Source: Bacillus phage PBS1
Sequence record: NC_043027.1
Strand: one strand, 5' to 3'
Length of the DNA stretch: 32,000 nt
Part shown: in pieces, positions 17,268-26,429 of the stretch
Numbering within the stretch: the first letter of the stretch is position 1
How the letters are laid out: each line of letters opens with the position of its first letter
The notes under the pieces: model-generated
Told to the model about the DNA's origin: nothing
What the model saw: the letters and a program-made list of their open reading frames with translations, nothing else
The model's database searches: none
Position numbers and translations under genes: made by a program

Positions 17268-18477
17268 TAAATAATTGCTTCGCTGTAGAATCATTTATAA
17301 TCCCATCAGCTTTCATTCCCTTAGATGATTGAAATTTAATAACTGCTTGCATAGTAGTCTCATCAAACCATCCGGTAGGTTCTAATATATAGCCTAAGTC
17401 ATTTAAACGTTGCTGTACTAAACGAACATCATCACCAAATAACATAGGAGTAGTATACATAAGTGTCCTTTTTATAAAAGTAAAACTTGTGTCAGTAATT
17501 TGACTCCATGTAATTGGTCCAACTTTTCCATCTACAGTTAATGAATGTGATTCCTGAAAATTTTTAACCGCAGATTCAGTACTACTATCATAAAAACCAT
17601 TAGAGTTACATTCATAACCTAAAAGCTGTAATCTATTCTGTAATCGCTTAATATCATTTCCATATAACTGATTATTGTTATCAAAGTATAATATTCTAGA
17701 AAAGGTCATTCTATTTTCAAAAAATTTTAATGATAATTTCTTTATAAGACTAAAAGTCTCGTCATTAACTATTCCATCTGGAATTAAGTTATAGCTTTTT
17801 TGGAAATTAAGTACTGCTAACATGGTAGTATTGTCAAAATATCCATTAGTATCACAGTTGAATCCAAATAGATTTAACATTGTTTGTAATTCTGTTACAT
17901 CATTACCAGTGACAGGTTTTTTTGAATCAAAGTATAGTGTTCTGTTACCAAATGCATATCTCAATAACCCATTAGGTGCTTTTCTTACAGGCTCAATTGA
18001 CACATTAAGTACATTGGCTATAATCTCATTCAATGGAAAGAATATTCCTGGATTGCTTTTATCAGTAAGAATCTCATCTAAAGCGTATATAGTTTTTAGA
18101 GTAGAATTATTATTTCTTAAGTATTGTATGAGTAAAACAATTGAATTCTTTTGTATAGTTGGCATTAATTCGGATGTATAATCACCTTCTACGCAAATTC
18201 CAATACTATTTCTATTGAAGTCCATTCCTGTTTGATCATCATGAGCAAATTCGCCAATTGTATCTAAAGATCTTCCTCTAAAAATAACACCTTCTTTTGA
18301 GATAAAAAAATGACCTCTAAACATAGTCTTTCCATTCTCATATTTATCTTCTCTATCTAAATCATAAATGGAACAACCCGATCTTTCAGAACTAAAAAGA
18401 ATGAGGAACAGTGGTCTGTTCCCCTTTCTTGGCTCTCCATTAGGAGTTAGATATGTCTCTATGATATTTAATGACAT
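17263..18477 (-). CDS. endolysin: PGRP/N-acetylmuramoyl-L-alanine amidase-like domain plus three PG-binding-1 repeats
   Basis: N-terminal GHFFISKEGVIFRGR...IGEFAHD...NRNSIGICVEGDY. C-terminal repeats NDVTELQTMLNLFGFNCDTNGYFDNTTMLAVLNFQ, NDIKRLQNRLQLLGYECNSNGFYDSSTESAVKNFQ, DDVRLVQQRLNDLGYILEPTGWFDETTMQAVIKFQ. Confidence 0.85.
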   Translation of the reverse strand: MSLNIIETYLTPNGEPRKGNRPLFLILFSSERSGCSIYDLDREDKYENGKTMFRGHFFISKEGVIFRGRSLDTIGEFAHDDQTGMDFNRNSIGICVEGDYTSELMPTIQKNSIVLLIQYLRNNNSTLKTIYALDEILTDKSNPGIFFPLNEIIANVLNVSIEPVRKAPNGLLRYAFGNRTLYFDSKKPVTGNDVTELQTMLNLFGFNCDTNGYFDNTTMLAVLNFQKSYNLIPDGIVNDETFSLIKKLSLKFFENRMTFSRILYFDNNNQLYGNDIKRLQNRLQLLGYECNSNGFYDSSTESAVKNFQESHSLTVDGKVGPITWSQITDTSFTFIKRTLMYTTPMLFGDDVRLVQQRLNDLGYILEPTGWFDETTMQAVIKFQSSKGMKADGIINDSTAKQLFK

Positions 18478-18483
18478 ATTATC

Positions 18484-19026
18484 CTAACCTTCCTTTTTGT
18501 AGGTATTATAAAGAGATGTTATAATATTAAATTCATTATCAACATAAGCTAAATCACCTATATCATCTATTGCTTTTTTAGCATCAACTTCATAATCATC
18601 CATCCAACCAACTTGAAGGTCATTGGCTTTTTCTAAATTAAGAATTATTTTCTTAATTCTTTCAATTTTCTTTGCAGTACCTTTATCTAGTTGGTCAAGA
18701 TATTTTATTTTTAAAAGTATCTTTTTACCAAACTCATAGGTTTTATTTTGAGCCTCAACTGCATCCTCAAAATCCCCTTTTAAGAATGTTTCAATATCTT
18801 CTAATAAGTTAAGAATAACATCTGTTTGTTCATCAACGTCATGTTTTAATTCATTAATATCTTCAAGTTTGTCTTCTATTTCTTTAGTTTTACTAACAAT
18901 TATACCATTCTTATTGGCAGATATATGACCATCAAATCGATTCATTATCAACTGTCCGGGCTGAGAGTCTTTTGCAAATTCTTCAGAAAGAGGTTGATAT
19001 GCGAATCTTCCATTATAAGCCATCAA
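18484..19026 (-). CDS. hypothetical coiled-coil protein in the tail/fibre cluster (180 aa)
   Basis: Contains NRFDGHISANKNGIIVSKTKEIEDK, a motif shared with the two upstream genes. Confidence 0.65.
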   Translation of the reverse strand: MMAYNGRFAYQPLSEEFAKDSQPGQLIMNRFDGHISANKNGIIVSKTKEIEDKLEDINELKHDVDEQTDVILNLLEDIETFLKGDFEDAVEAQNKTYEFGKKILLKIKYLDQLDKGTAKKIERIKKIILNLEKANDLQVGWMDDYEVDAKKAIDDIGDLAYVDNEFNIITSLYNTYKKEG

Positions 19027-19559
19027 TATCCACCTCCAATTTGATCTAAACCAGATTTGTTACTTATTTTTTGATTAGTTATATCATTAGCCAAGAATTT
19101 CATTTCATCTATAGTTGCTTTTAGTTTAAGAATATCTTTCAGATTATCAACTATAGGATCAAGAAAAGGACGAATTTCTTTATATTGAAAATCCTTCAAT
19201 TCTTTACAAAAATTATCTATTAGTGTCATTAAACTCTCAACATCTGCATCTAATTCTGTTAAACTGACATATAATTCTTCTGCCCTATCTCTAACCTTTT
19301 TAGTATCATCTTTTAATACATCTATAGAGTTTAGTAATCTTTCAATTTCTTCAGCTAATTCAATAAACTTTTTAACAAGCTTATTTTTATAACTGAGGAG
19401 GGCATTTGCCCTAGCCTCAAGTTCTTTTGTTTTACTTTTATACTTACCATTATGCTTAATTGTTACATGCCCAGTCTTCTTATCAAGAATGATTTCTCCT
19501 TCTTTAGCATTAAACATATTTTTCTCAAGCAATGGTCTTATTACAATTCTCCAATCCAT
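19023..19559 (-). CDS. hypothetical coiled-coil protein in the tail/fibre cluster (178 aa)
   Basis: Contains DKKTGHVTIKHNGKYKSKTKELEA. Overlaps the next gene by 4 nt (ATGA). Confidence 0.65.
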   Translation of the reverse strand: MDWRIVIRPLLEKNMFNAKEGEIILDKKTGHVTIKHNGKYKSKTKELEARANALLSYKNKLVKKFIELAEEIERLLNSIDVLKDDTKKVRDRAEELYVSLTELDADVESLMTLIDNFCKELKDFQYKEIRPFLDPIVDNLKDILKLKATIDEMKFLANDITNQKISNKSGLDQIGGGY

Positions 19560-19573
19560 TGATTATCACCCAA

Positions 19574-22500
19574 TCAAGTGTTATTTTTATACCAAATTGT
19601 CTCACCAATAAGGCTTGAGTTGTTCTGAAGACCATCCATTATTTGAAGAGCTAATTCTGTCTTTCCAGTGGTAGTATTTCTAAGTTCTTCAATTCTAACT
19701 CGTATACCACTAGTAACAGTACCGATTTCTTCTAATGAATTTTTAAATTGATCGATAACGCTTAAATCAGTAAAGTCTAAATAAGATAAGATGGATTTAA
19801 TTGTATTTACATCATTTTCAATTTCATAATTTCTTTTTTGTAGATCAGTTACTTTTTCCCTTAATACATCTTTCATAATTTTAAGGTCATTGATTCTCTG
19901 TTCATTATTTTGCAGAGAGATATCAATTGCAACTGCTCTTTTTTCTGACAATGCTAGTAATTCCTCTAATTCCTTAGTTTTACTAATTAGATATCCATCA
20001 TCATAAATTGAAATATGTCCTGTATCACGATCAACTACCATCTCACCATCAATTGCCTTTACTTTGTTTTGTTCAGTTAATGGTTCTAAGCTGATTCTTA
20101 GCGGTCCAATTGGTTCTGGTATCTTATCAATAATTGTAAATACTACATATGAAGTGGCTCTTAGACCATTAATCTTCTTAATTGCTGTTACTGATAATTG
20201 ATAACTATTAGGATCATTTAACAGAGTACCTAATTTAAATGATCTACCGTTAAGTTTAGCTTCAAATTCATTATCTTCTTTATAAGATGGATTATCCTCA
20301 TAAGAATCAATATCTGGTCTTGCTGATTCTTGAATAACTTCAGGTAATACACCGACAATTTTTGGAGGTTCAGGAGGAACTGAATCTAATGTAAATTTAA
20401 CTATAGTTGTAGCAGTTAAACCATTAAGACGTTTTTTAGCAGTAACAACTAAAGTATAATCTCTTATCTCAGCTACTTCATTATATATTGGGCTCCCAAT
20501 TTCATATGGTTCTCCATTTAAGGTTGCAGTAAAATCGACACCATAAACATACTGGACAGTTGGTGAAACTGTTAAATATGTTGATACACCTTCTTTAAAG
20601 CCCATAACAACAGGTGGTTCTGGTGGTAATTTATCAATATTTGTTATTGCTTTAGTGTCTTCAACAAAATAACCATTAGGATCTTTGTATCTAGCATGAA
20701 TAATACAGTTATCAGTTACATCAAACGGCTCACTATATGATTGCCATTCTTCAGCACTATCAATTTTATATTCAAATTCTGAGCCATAATTTGGATACCT
20801 AATTGTAATAGTATCCTTAATACTCGGTATATACTCTGGGTCTGCTAATATTAATGGTTTTTGTTCTTCATCAGGATTAAATACGATAAAATTAACATCA
20901 GACATTGAAACCATAAAATTAGATTTCTTTCTCCGAACAACAAGTAAATTATAATCTCCTGAATCTATAATAGGTGTTCCCATAACATATGGAAGACCAT
21001 TTAAATATGCATCCTCATTTTCATTACCATCAACATCGAGATCATTTGTTAACGAAAATGTAAGAGATATTTCAATTTTATTTTCAGGATAGTTTGGATC
21101 GGTAGCTGTTACAACTAATCTATATGCGCCCTTGTCTCTAATTGTATCTTCACGTTTAAAAGAACTTAGAAGGGTTCCATTTAAATATAATTTATGCTCA
21201 TACTTTAACCCTGCAAAAATATCCCAAGTAGGTTGAACTGCCACATCTTTTCCTCTAAAGACTTGTCCTTCTTCAATAATAGAGCCTGTTAATTTATTCT
21301 TGATAATAAGCTCTTTTCCAGTTATATCAATAGATCCCGGCATTAACTTAAAGTTTCTAACTACCATTTTATAATTTGTCGGAAAGTTATGATCTGAAAT
21401 TTTAACTTCTACTACATAATCTCCGTATTCAGTTAGAATATCTTCATCATCTGTTGGATCATATGACCGTCTAGTACCATTATAAGTAATCCATGACTCA
21501 TAATCTAGATTAGATGGAAGCTGTCCTGTATACCAAAATGGTTTAACTTGAATCCCTTTATAGACATCGTTATTTTGAATAGGTATATCTGTAATAGCGT
21601 TAACAATTACAAGAGCAATTTCATTCATATCAACTTTTTTATCAACAATTGAGAAGTGTCTCACTACAGTTGTAGTGTTGGTAGGATTATCTATCTCTGT
21701 GATAATCAATTCTAACTCATAGTCACCCTTATTTGATAACACTGTGAGATCTTTCATAAAATCAAAATCTTCTCCATCATATCGCAATGTATAATCTACA
21801 TCACAATCTTCTGGCTCATCCCAAGTTGGTAATACTAATTCATCTTCGAAGATTCGTCCTTCATTGATTTCAGTCTCATCAAAATCATTATAAATTTCAA
21901 TATCAAGATTAGTGTTAATTGGAGCTATAATAAAATTACGAATAAAAGTCTTATTCTCTCCAGCACCATTTTCTAAGACAACAGTAATAGAATAATTACC
22001 ATAATCTGTATAAACATCATTATTTGGTGTAAAAGGAACTGTAGATTCATCTCGCTCTAATGTATAACTTATTATAGTACAATCCGCTGGAATTGGTTGC
22101 CAATATGGTTTAACTTCTTGATCTTTAAATATTTTTCCTTCAGAAATGATAGTGTTTGGTGCTTGAGGAAGATTTACATCAATAAATTCCATTTCATAAG
22201 TATCAAGATCAGTTATCTTTTCTATAATCTCGAAATTTACACTAATTTCCTTTTTATTATCTGGGTAATTCTTATCAGTCAGATTAAATTTAATTGTATA
22301 TTGACCGATATTAGTTAATGTATCACCCTTTTTATATGAAATTAAACTATTATTATACGTAACAGTTATTCCATATGTTATATTAGAATCTTCTTTCCAA
22401 GTTGGTTGAACTTTAGCCTCAAATTGAGATCCTTCACTAATAGGTTTAGTAGTAATTGCATCTCTGAGATCTAAGACAAGATCATTCCAATCTTCAGGAG

Positions 22501-23890
22501 CGGCAATAACTTCAAAGTTTATAATACCTGTAGCTTGGTTGTCTGGATAATTCTTATCAGTAATAAGATAGCTAACTTGATAAAGACCGGCTTGACTATA
22601 GGTATTAGATTTAACTAAAGATCCCTTGGGAGTACTATTAACATTGTAGTTAACAGTAATATTTGTACCATCTATTTCTTCCCAATAAGGTTGAAATTTA
22701 CCAACAAATTTAGAGCCTTCAACTATTTGAGAGGATGTTAATAAATCCTTCAGAGTAAAGCTAATATTATCTAAATCTTTTTTAGGAGGAAGTACATAGA
22801 ATGTAAATTCATTCGAATCTCTAGTATTAGTCGGATAAGCTTTATCTTTTGCTGTAATAATAGCTGAATATTTACCATTTTCAGATAAAGATTGAAGCCT
22901 ACTGTAAGGTATTTCAATTCCATCTTTTTTTAATTTAATAGTATAAGCAATAGAACTATCATCTGCATTCCAATCTAACTTAACTGAATTTGAAAATCTA
23001 TTTTCAGTTGTAATATTAATATTAGTATTTTTATCAATAAGTGTAAATTTTATACCACTTAAATCTTTAGGAGATGAACCTTCAAAAGCAAGAACATAAA
23101 CTCCATCTGTATCTTGGTGGGAGATAGTAGAGTTGGAGTCCAAGTTAAGTGCTGGTGCAACACCAATTGTATCGTTATCCGCAACAGACTGAGCAAATGC
23201 GCCATTTATGTTAATACGATACACAATATGACCAAAATCAGGATAAGCAGAACGTAACCAGTAATAATAGTTTGAACTAGAATTTAATGATGAATGCTGA
23301 TATTTACTTTGTGTAACGGCTTCATCAGTTGGTTTAAGAATACGATTAGATGAAGAATTTAAATATGGAATTGTTGTTCCTTCTTTTCCACTTGAGCCTG
23401 CTAATCCCATTTCTGTCATACTAAATAGGAATACATTATCTTGAACAGTCTCTACTCCACCACCGTCAACTGATGGAACAATTGTTTTCAAATCAGTCTT
23501 TAAAATTCTATTTGCAAAATCACTACTAAAATTAGTTAAGAATCCATCTTCTGTATCATAGCTATTTCCATTAGAACCAGAAGAAGGAGGTGTATCAGAA
23601 GAATTAGTTGCTGTGAACCAAGGTGATGGTTTTGTTGAATTCAACCATTGACGCATATTGGAATAAAGCCATCTGTTGTTTCCTGATGTTTGCCTATTTG
23701 TATTACTATTACTAGGTTCCTTAGCATCAAATGTCTTAATAGAGATGATATTATTAGTCATCAAAGTAGCACTATTTGCTGGATAACCTGCTAAATCTTT
23801 ACCAACCAATTTCCAAACAATTGGTTTTCCATTATATTTAGTATTAGGATCCTTTACTAAGGATCCTAACGGTAAGTCTTTAATTATCAT
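19574..23890 (-). CDS. large tail fibre/adhesin-like protein (1438 aa): N-terminal DUF6273-like domain, several Ig-like modules, C-terminal coiled coil
   Basis: N-terminal WLYSNMRQWLNS...PSVDGGG...YYYWLRSAYPDFGHIVYRININGAFAQ...GVAPALNLDS. Repeated EGxxFxxxVxPxW / NYPxNxxxxxxxF modules. C-terminal DRDTGHISIYDDGYLISKTKELEE. Confidence 0.75.
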   Translation of the reverse strand: MIIKDLPLGSLVKDPNTKYNGKPIVWKLVGKDLAGYPANSATLMTNNIISIKTFDAKEPSNSNTNRQTSGNNRWLYSNMRQWLNSTKPSPWFTATNSSDTPPSSGSNGNSYDTEDGFLTNFSSDFANRILKTDLKTIVPSVDGGGVETVQDNVFLFSMTEMGLAGSSGKEGTTIPYLNSSSNRILKPTDEAVTQSKYQHSSLNSSSNYYYWLRSAYPDFGHIVYRININGAFAQSVADNDTIGVAPALNLDSNSTISHQDTDGVYVLAFEGSSPKDLSGIKFTLIDKNTNINITTENRFSNSVKLDWNADDSSIAYTIKLKKDGIEIPYSRLQSLSENGKYSAIITAKDKAYPTNTRDSNEFTFYVLPPKKDLDNISFTLKDLLTSSQIVEGSKFVGKFQPYWEEIDGTNITVNYNVNSTPKGSLVKSNTYSQAGLYQVSYLITDKNYPDNQATGIINFEVIAAPEDWNDLVLDLRDAITTKPISEGSQFEAKVQPTWKEDSNITYGITVTYNNSLISYKKGDTLTNIGQYTIKFNLTDKNYPDNKKEISVNFEIIEKITDLDTYEMEFIDVNLPQAPNTIISEGKIFKDQEVKPYWQPIPADCTIISYTLERDESTVPFTPNNDVYTDYGNYSITVVLENGAGENKTFIRNFIIAPINTNLDIEIYNDFDETEINEGRIFEDELVLPTWDEPEDCDVDYTLRYDGEDFDFMKDLTVLSNKGDYELELIITEIDNPTNTTTVVRHFSIVDKKVDMNEIALVIVNAITDIPIQNNDVYKGIQVKPFWYTGQLPSNLDYESWITYNGTRRSYDPTDDEDILTEYGDYVVEVKISDHNFPTNYKMVVRNFKLMPGSIDITGKELIIKNKLTGSIIEEGQVFRGKDVAVQPTWDIFAGLKYEHKLYLNGTLLSSFKREDTIRDKGAYRLVVTATDPNYPENKIEISLTFSLTNDLDVDGNENEDAYLNGLPYVMGTPIIDSGDYNLLVVRRKKSNFMVSMSDVNFIVFNPDEEQKPLILADPEYIPSIKDTITIRYPNYGSEFEYKIDSAEEWQSYSEPFDVTDNCIIHARYKDPNGYFVEDTKAITNIDKLPPEPPVVMGFKEGVSTYLTVSPTVQYVYGVDFTATLNGEPYEIGSPIYNEVAEIRDYTLVVTAKKRLNGLTATTIVKFTLDSVPPEPPKIVGVLPEVIQESARPDIDSYEDNPSYKEDNEFEAKLNGRSFKLGTLLNDPNSYQLSVTAIKKINGLRATSYVVFTIIDKIPEPIGPLRISLEPLTEQNKVKAIDGEMVVDRDTGHISIYDDGYLISKTKELEELLALSEKRAVAIDISLQNNEQRINDLKIMKDVLREKVTDLQKRNYEIENDVNTIKSILSYLDFTDLSVIDQFKNSLEEIGTVTSGIRVRIEELRNTTTGKTELALQIMDGLQNNSSLIGETIWYKNNT

Positions 23891-23908
23891 AATTTCACTC
23901 CCTTATTA

Positions 23909-25708
23909 TTAACCTTCAATAGTTGGGATAACTGTTGATTTAGCATCTCCTTCAGATACTCCTCCAATAACTGGAGTGTCAGGTGGTGTAGTATCAATAA
24001 TATCAACTATTTTGGATGTAATATAGCTTTCATAGTCATCATCACCATCTAGACTTCGTACATAGATTATACAATTTTTATAGATTTTAACTGGATCTCT
24101 GTACCAACGCCAATCACCATCATCAATCCGATATTGAAATTTCATTGTAGGATCTTTCGGGAAATTAACAGTGGCTATAGTTCTATAGCATAATTCATTT
24201 GGATCCAAAGTGATCGTATATCTATATTTTATTTTCTTATAGAATTCTACAGTCGTATATTCTGAATATAGACCATTTGAAAGTTTATGTGCTTTAGATT
24301 CAATACGATATATGCCCTTTTTAGAGTATGTTTGTTCCTCTGGTATTTGCACCCATTGAGTATCATTTAAATCTTTTTTATAATAAACTTTTGTTACAGG
24401 TACACAACCAGATTGTACAATTATTCTTGGTGAAACAGGGTTAGGGAATCTACCTATGAGTCCGTAATCTTTACCTTGATAATCTTTGTCAATTCTAATA
24501 ATTGGTGGATCAGGTGGATCATTGTCAATGGTAAATACACCTTTTTTAGTAAGTGTTTTATGGTTAGTATTTTTTCTAATTGTAACAACAATTGTATAAG
24601 TACCATTTTCTACTAATGGAGTACCTAAAGTATATGCTTTACCATTAATCTTTGCTTCATATAACGTACAACCACTAGGAACATTAATAGTTGGATAACA
24701 CGCCGCTAAATATACTTTGTTGTATTCATCATATATCCTTGATGTAACAGCTTTGTCAAAGATCTTAAAATCAGGAGCAGGTGTTGGATCTTCATATATA
24801 ATTCTTGAAGTTGCAAAATCCATTAATGATGGTGTATCTTTATTAGTACATCTTACTGCAACTTCATAAGTGCCATACTTATTAATTTTATAATAATTAG
24901 TAAAAGTAAAGTTACTAGTATTACCATCAATATCAGTGTATCTTTGAGCAGTTATATCATATTTAAATTTAGATGTATCTTCTTTCCAAAAAACAGTAAT
25001 AGGTTTGTAAACTGTATAAGTTTCTGGTGTATTCGGAATTAAGATATTCTTATTAGATCTCTTGTCATACAGATCAATATTAGGTTTTGTTTTATCTGCA
25101 ATAGATCTAATACCTGTAATATTTACTGTTGCAGATCTAGAGATTTTATCTGGTGTTTTTAATTTTACTTTAAATTTAATTGGTCTTCTATAAGTATTAT
25201 GAACAGCTAGATACCAAGAACCTTTATACCAGCCACTCCAATCTCCATTACTAGTACTATTAGCCCACTGATATGTTCCAGGAATAGAAACCCATTTCTT
25301 TGGTGTCCATTTTTTAGATAAGTCAGTAGCATCAAATAATTGTGCATTGGTTTGAGATTTAGGAGCCGCTTTAGATCCTTTTGATATTTTGGTATAAGGT
25401 CTTGTACCATAGTTCATGACACCATCATACTTATTCCCATACCAATACCATGCCGGATTAATCCATTGCTCTTTGTAGTCATATTTTACTGTAGTTAGAG
25501 TCACTTTCATATTTTTCTTAATTGTAACATAACTACTTCCAATAGAGGTTCTTTTTCCTCCTGCAAGTGTATAGTATTTTTCATTTCCCTTTGGAACTAC
25601 ACATTGAACCTTTATATCTCCATTGGAAAGAACTTGTTTTACAATTAAATAGAAACCGGATTTAGAACCCTTAATTCTATCTCCAACTTTATAACTAGTT
25701 GTAGCCAT
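23909..25708 (-). CDS. probable tail/fibre structural protein with Ig-like modules (599 aa)
   Basis: YKPITVFWKEDTSKFKYDITAQRY and KINGKAYTLGTPLVENGTYTIVVTIRKNTNHKTLTKKGVFTIDNDPPDPPII match modules in the 1438-aa protein. Confidence 0.65.
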   Translation of the reverse strand: MATTSYKVGDRIKGSKSGFYLIVKQVLSNGDIKVQCVVPKGNEKYYTLAGGKRTSIGSSYVTIKKNMKVTLTTVKYDYKEQWINPAWYWYGNKYDGVMNYGTRPYTKISKGSKAAPKSQTNAQLFDATDLSKKWTPKKWVSIPGTYQWANSTSNGDWSGWYKGSWYLAVHNTYRRPIKFKVKLKTPDKISRSATVNITGIRSIADKTKPNIDLYDKRSNKNILIPNTPETYTVYKPITVFWKEDTSKFKYDITAQRYTDIDGNTSNFTFTNYYKINKYGTYEVAVRCTNKDTPSLMDFATSRIIYEDPTPAPDFKIFDKAVTSRIYDEYNKVYLAACYPTINVPSGCTLYEAKINGKAYTLGTPLVENGTYTIVVTIRKNTNHKTLTKKGVFTIDNDPPDPPIIRIDKDYQGKDYGLIGRFPNPVSPRIIVQSGCVPVTKVYYKKDLNDTQWVQIPEEQTYSKKGIYRIESKAHKLSNGLYSEYTTVEFYKKIKYRYTITLDPNELCYRTIATVNFPKDPTMKFQYRIDDGDWRWYRDPVKIYKNCIIYVRSLDGDDDYESYITSKIVDIIDTTPPDTPVIGGVSEGDAKSTVIPTIEG

Positions 25709-25719
25709 TTATTTACCTC

Positions 25720-26319
25720 CTAACCTATAACTATTACTTTGTATTGATTTGGTGATGGTGCAGATAAGAAATTTATTCTTATTGTGTTTGCATCTTCAAT
25801 AGAAACATTAGTCATAACTAAATCTTTTGTTTCTTCATCCCATACACTTACATTAATGTCATCAGTTCCCAAATTATGTCTTATAACAAAGCTATGGTTA
25901 CTACTATTACCAATTAGTTCTGAATATTTTAAGACTCCAATTAAGCTACCATCTTCACTTTCTCTTATATCATTTAGCTTTCTACGAACATCCCCATCTA
26001 AATCACTTTCGGGAATCCCATTAATAGGTTTAGAATATTTAGAATCCCAATCTAATACTTTAATATCGTTTAAGTGACGTTTACTATCTTCTACATGATT
26101 TTTTACATATTCAATGTTTGCCTTACTCTGAATATCTTTTATTAAATTAGTTAATTGAGACAACTCTATTCCTGAAGAATTTATGACAGAAAGGAGGTTA
26201 AATAACTGTTCTATATTCTTTTCCATATATGACAATCTATTATTTAATTCTTTATAAATGTAACCATTCTGTACATCATTTGATTCTATCCGCATCTCGT
26301 TAGGCATAATAACTCTCAC
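25720..26319 (-). CDS. probable tail/fibre protein (199 aa) with one copy of the KYxKPxxGIPxxDL module
   Basis: SKRHLNDIKVLDWDSKYSKPINGIPESDLDGDVRRKLNDI matches the repeat unit of the adjacent 943-aa gene. Confidence 0.65.
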   Translation of the reverse strand: MRVIMPNEMRIESNDVQNGYIYKELNNRLSYMEKNIEQLFNLLSVINSSGIELSQLTNLIKDIQSKANIEYVKNHVEDSKRHLNDIKVLDWDSKYSKPINGIPESDLDGDVRRKLNDIRESEDGSLIGVLKYSELIGNSSNHSFVIRHNLGTDDINVSVWDEETKDLVMTNVSIEDANTIRINFLSAPSPNQYKVIVIG

Positions 26320-26381
26320 CTTCTTTAATAATTTTCTACTTATCTATATGTTCTTTTCATCTTAAGAACTAGAAATAATAA

Positions 26382-26420
26382 TGTAAATGAAGATAGACAA
26401 ATAGCCTATCTTCATTTACA
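26382..26420 (-). terminator. 15-bp perfect hairpin downstream of the repeat-rich gene
   Basis: TGTAAATGAAGATAG-N9-CTATCTTCATTTACA. Confidence 0.6.
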
Positions 26421-26429
26421 TTTATTTTA

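Noticed and set aside
17822-18181. Plus-strand ORF of 119 aa
   Set aside because: Antisense to the endolysin, a recognisable domain protein.
25784-26077. Plus-strand ORF of 97 aa
   Set aside because: Antisense shadow of the 199-aa fibre protein.
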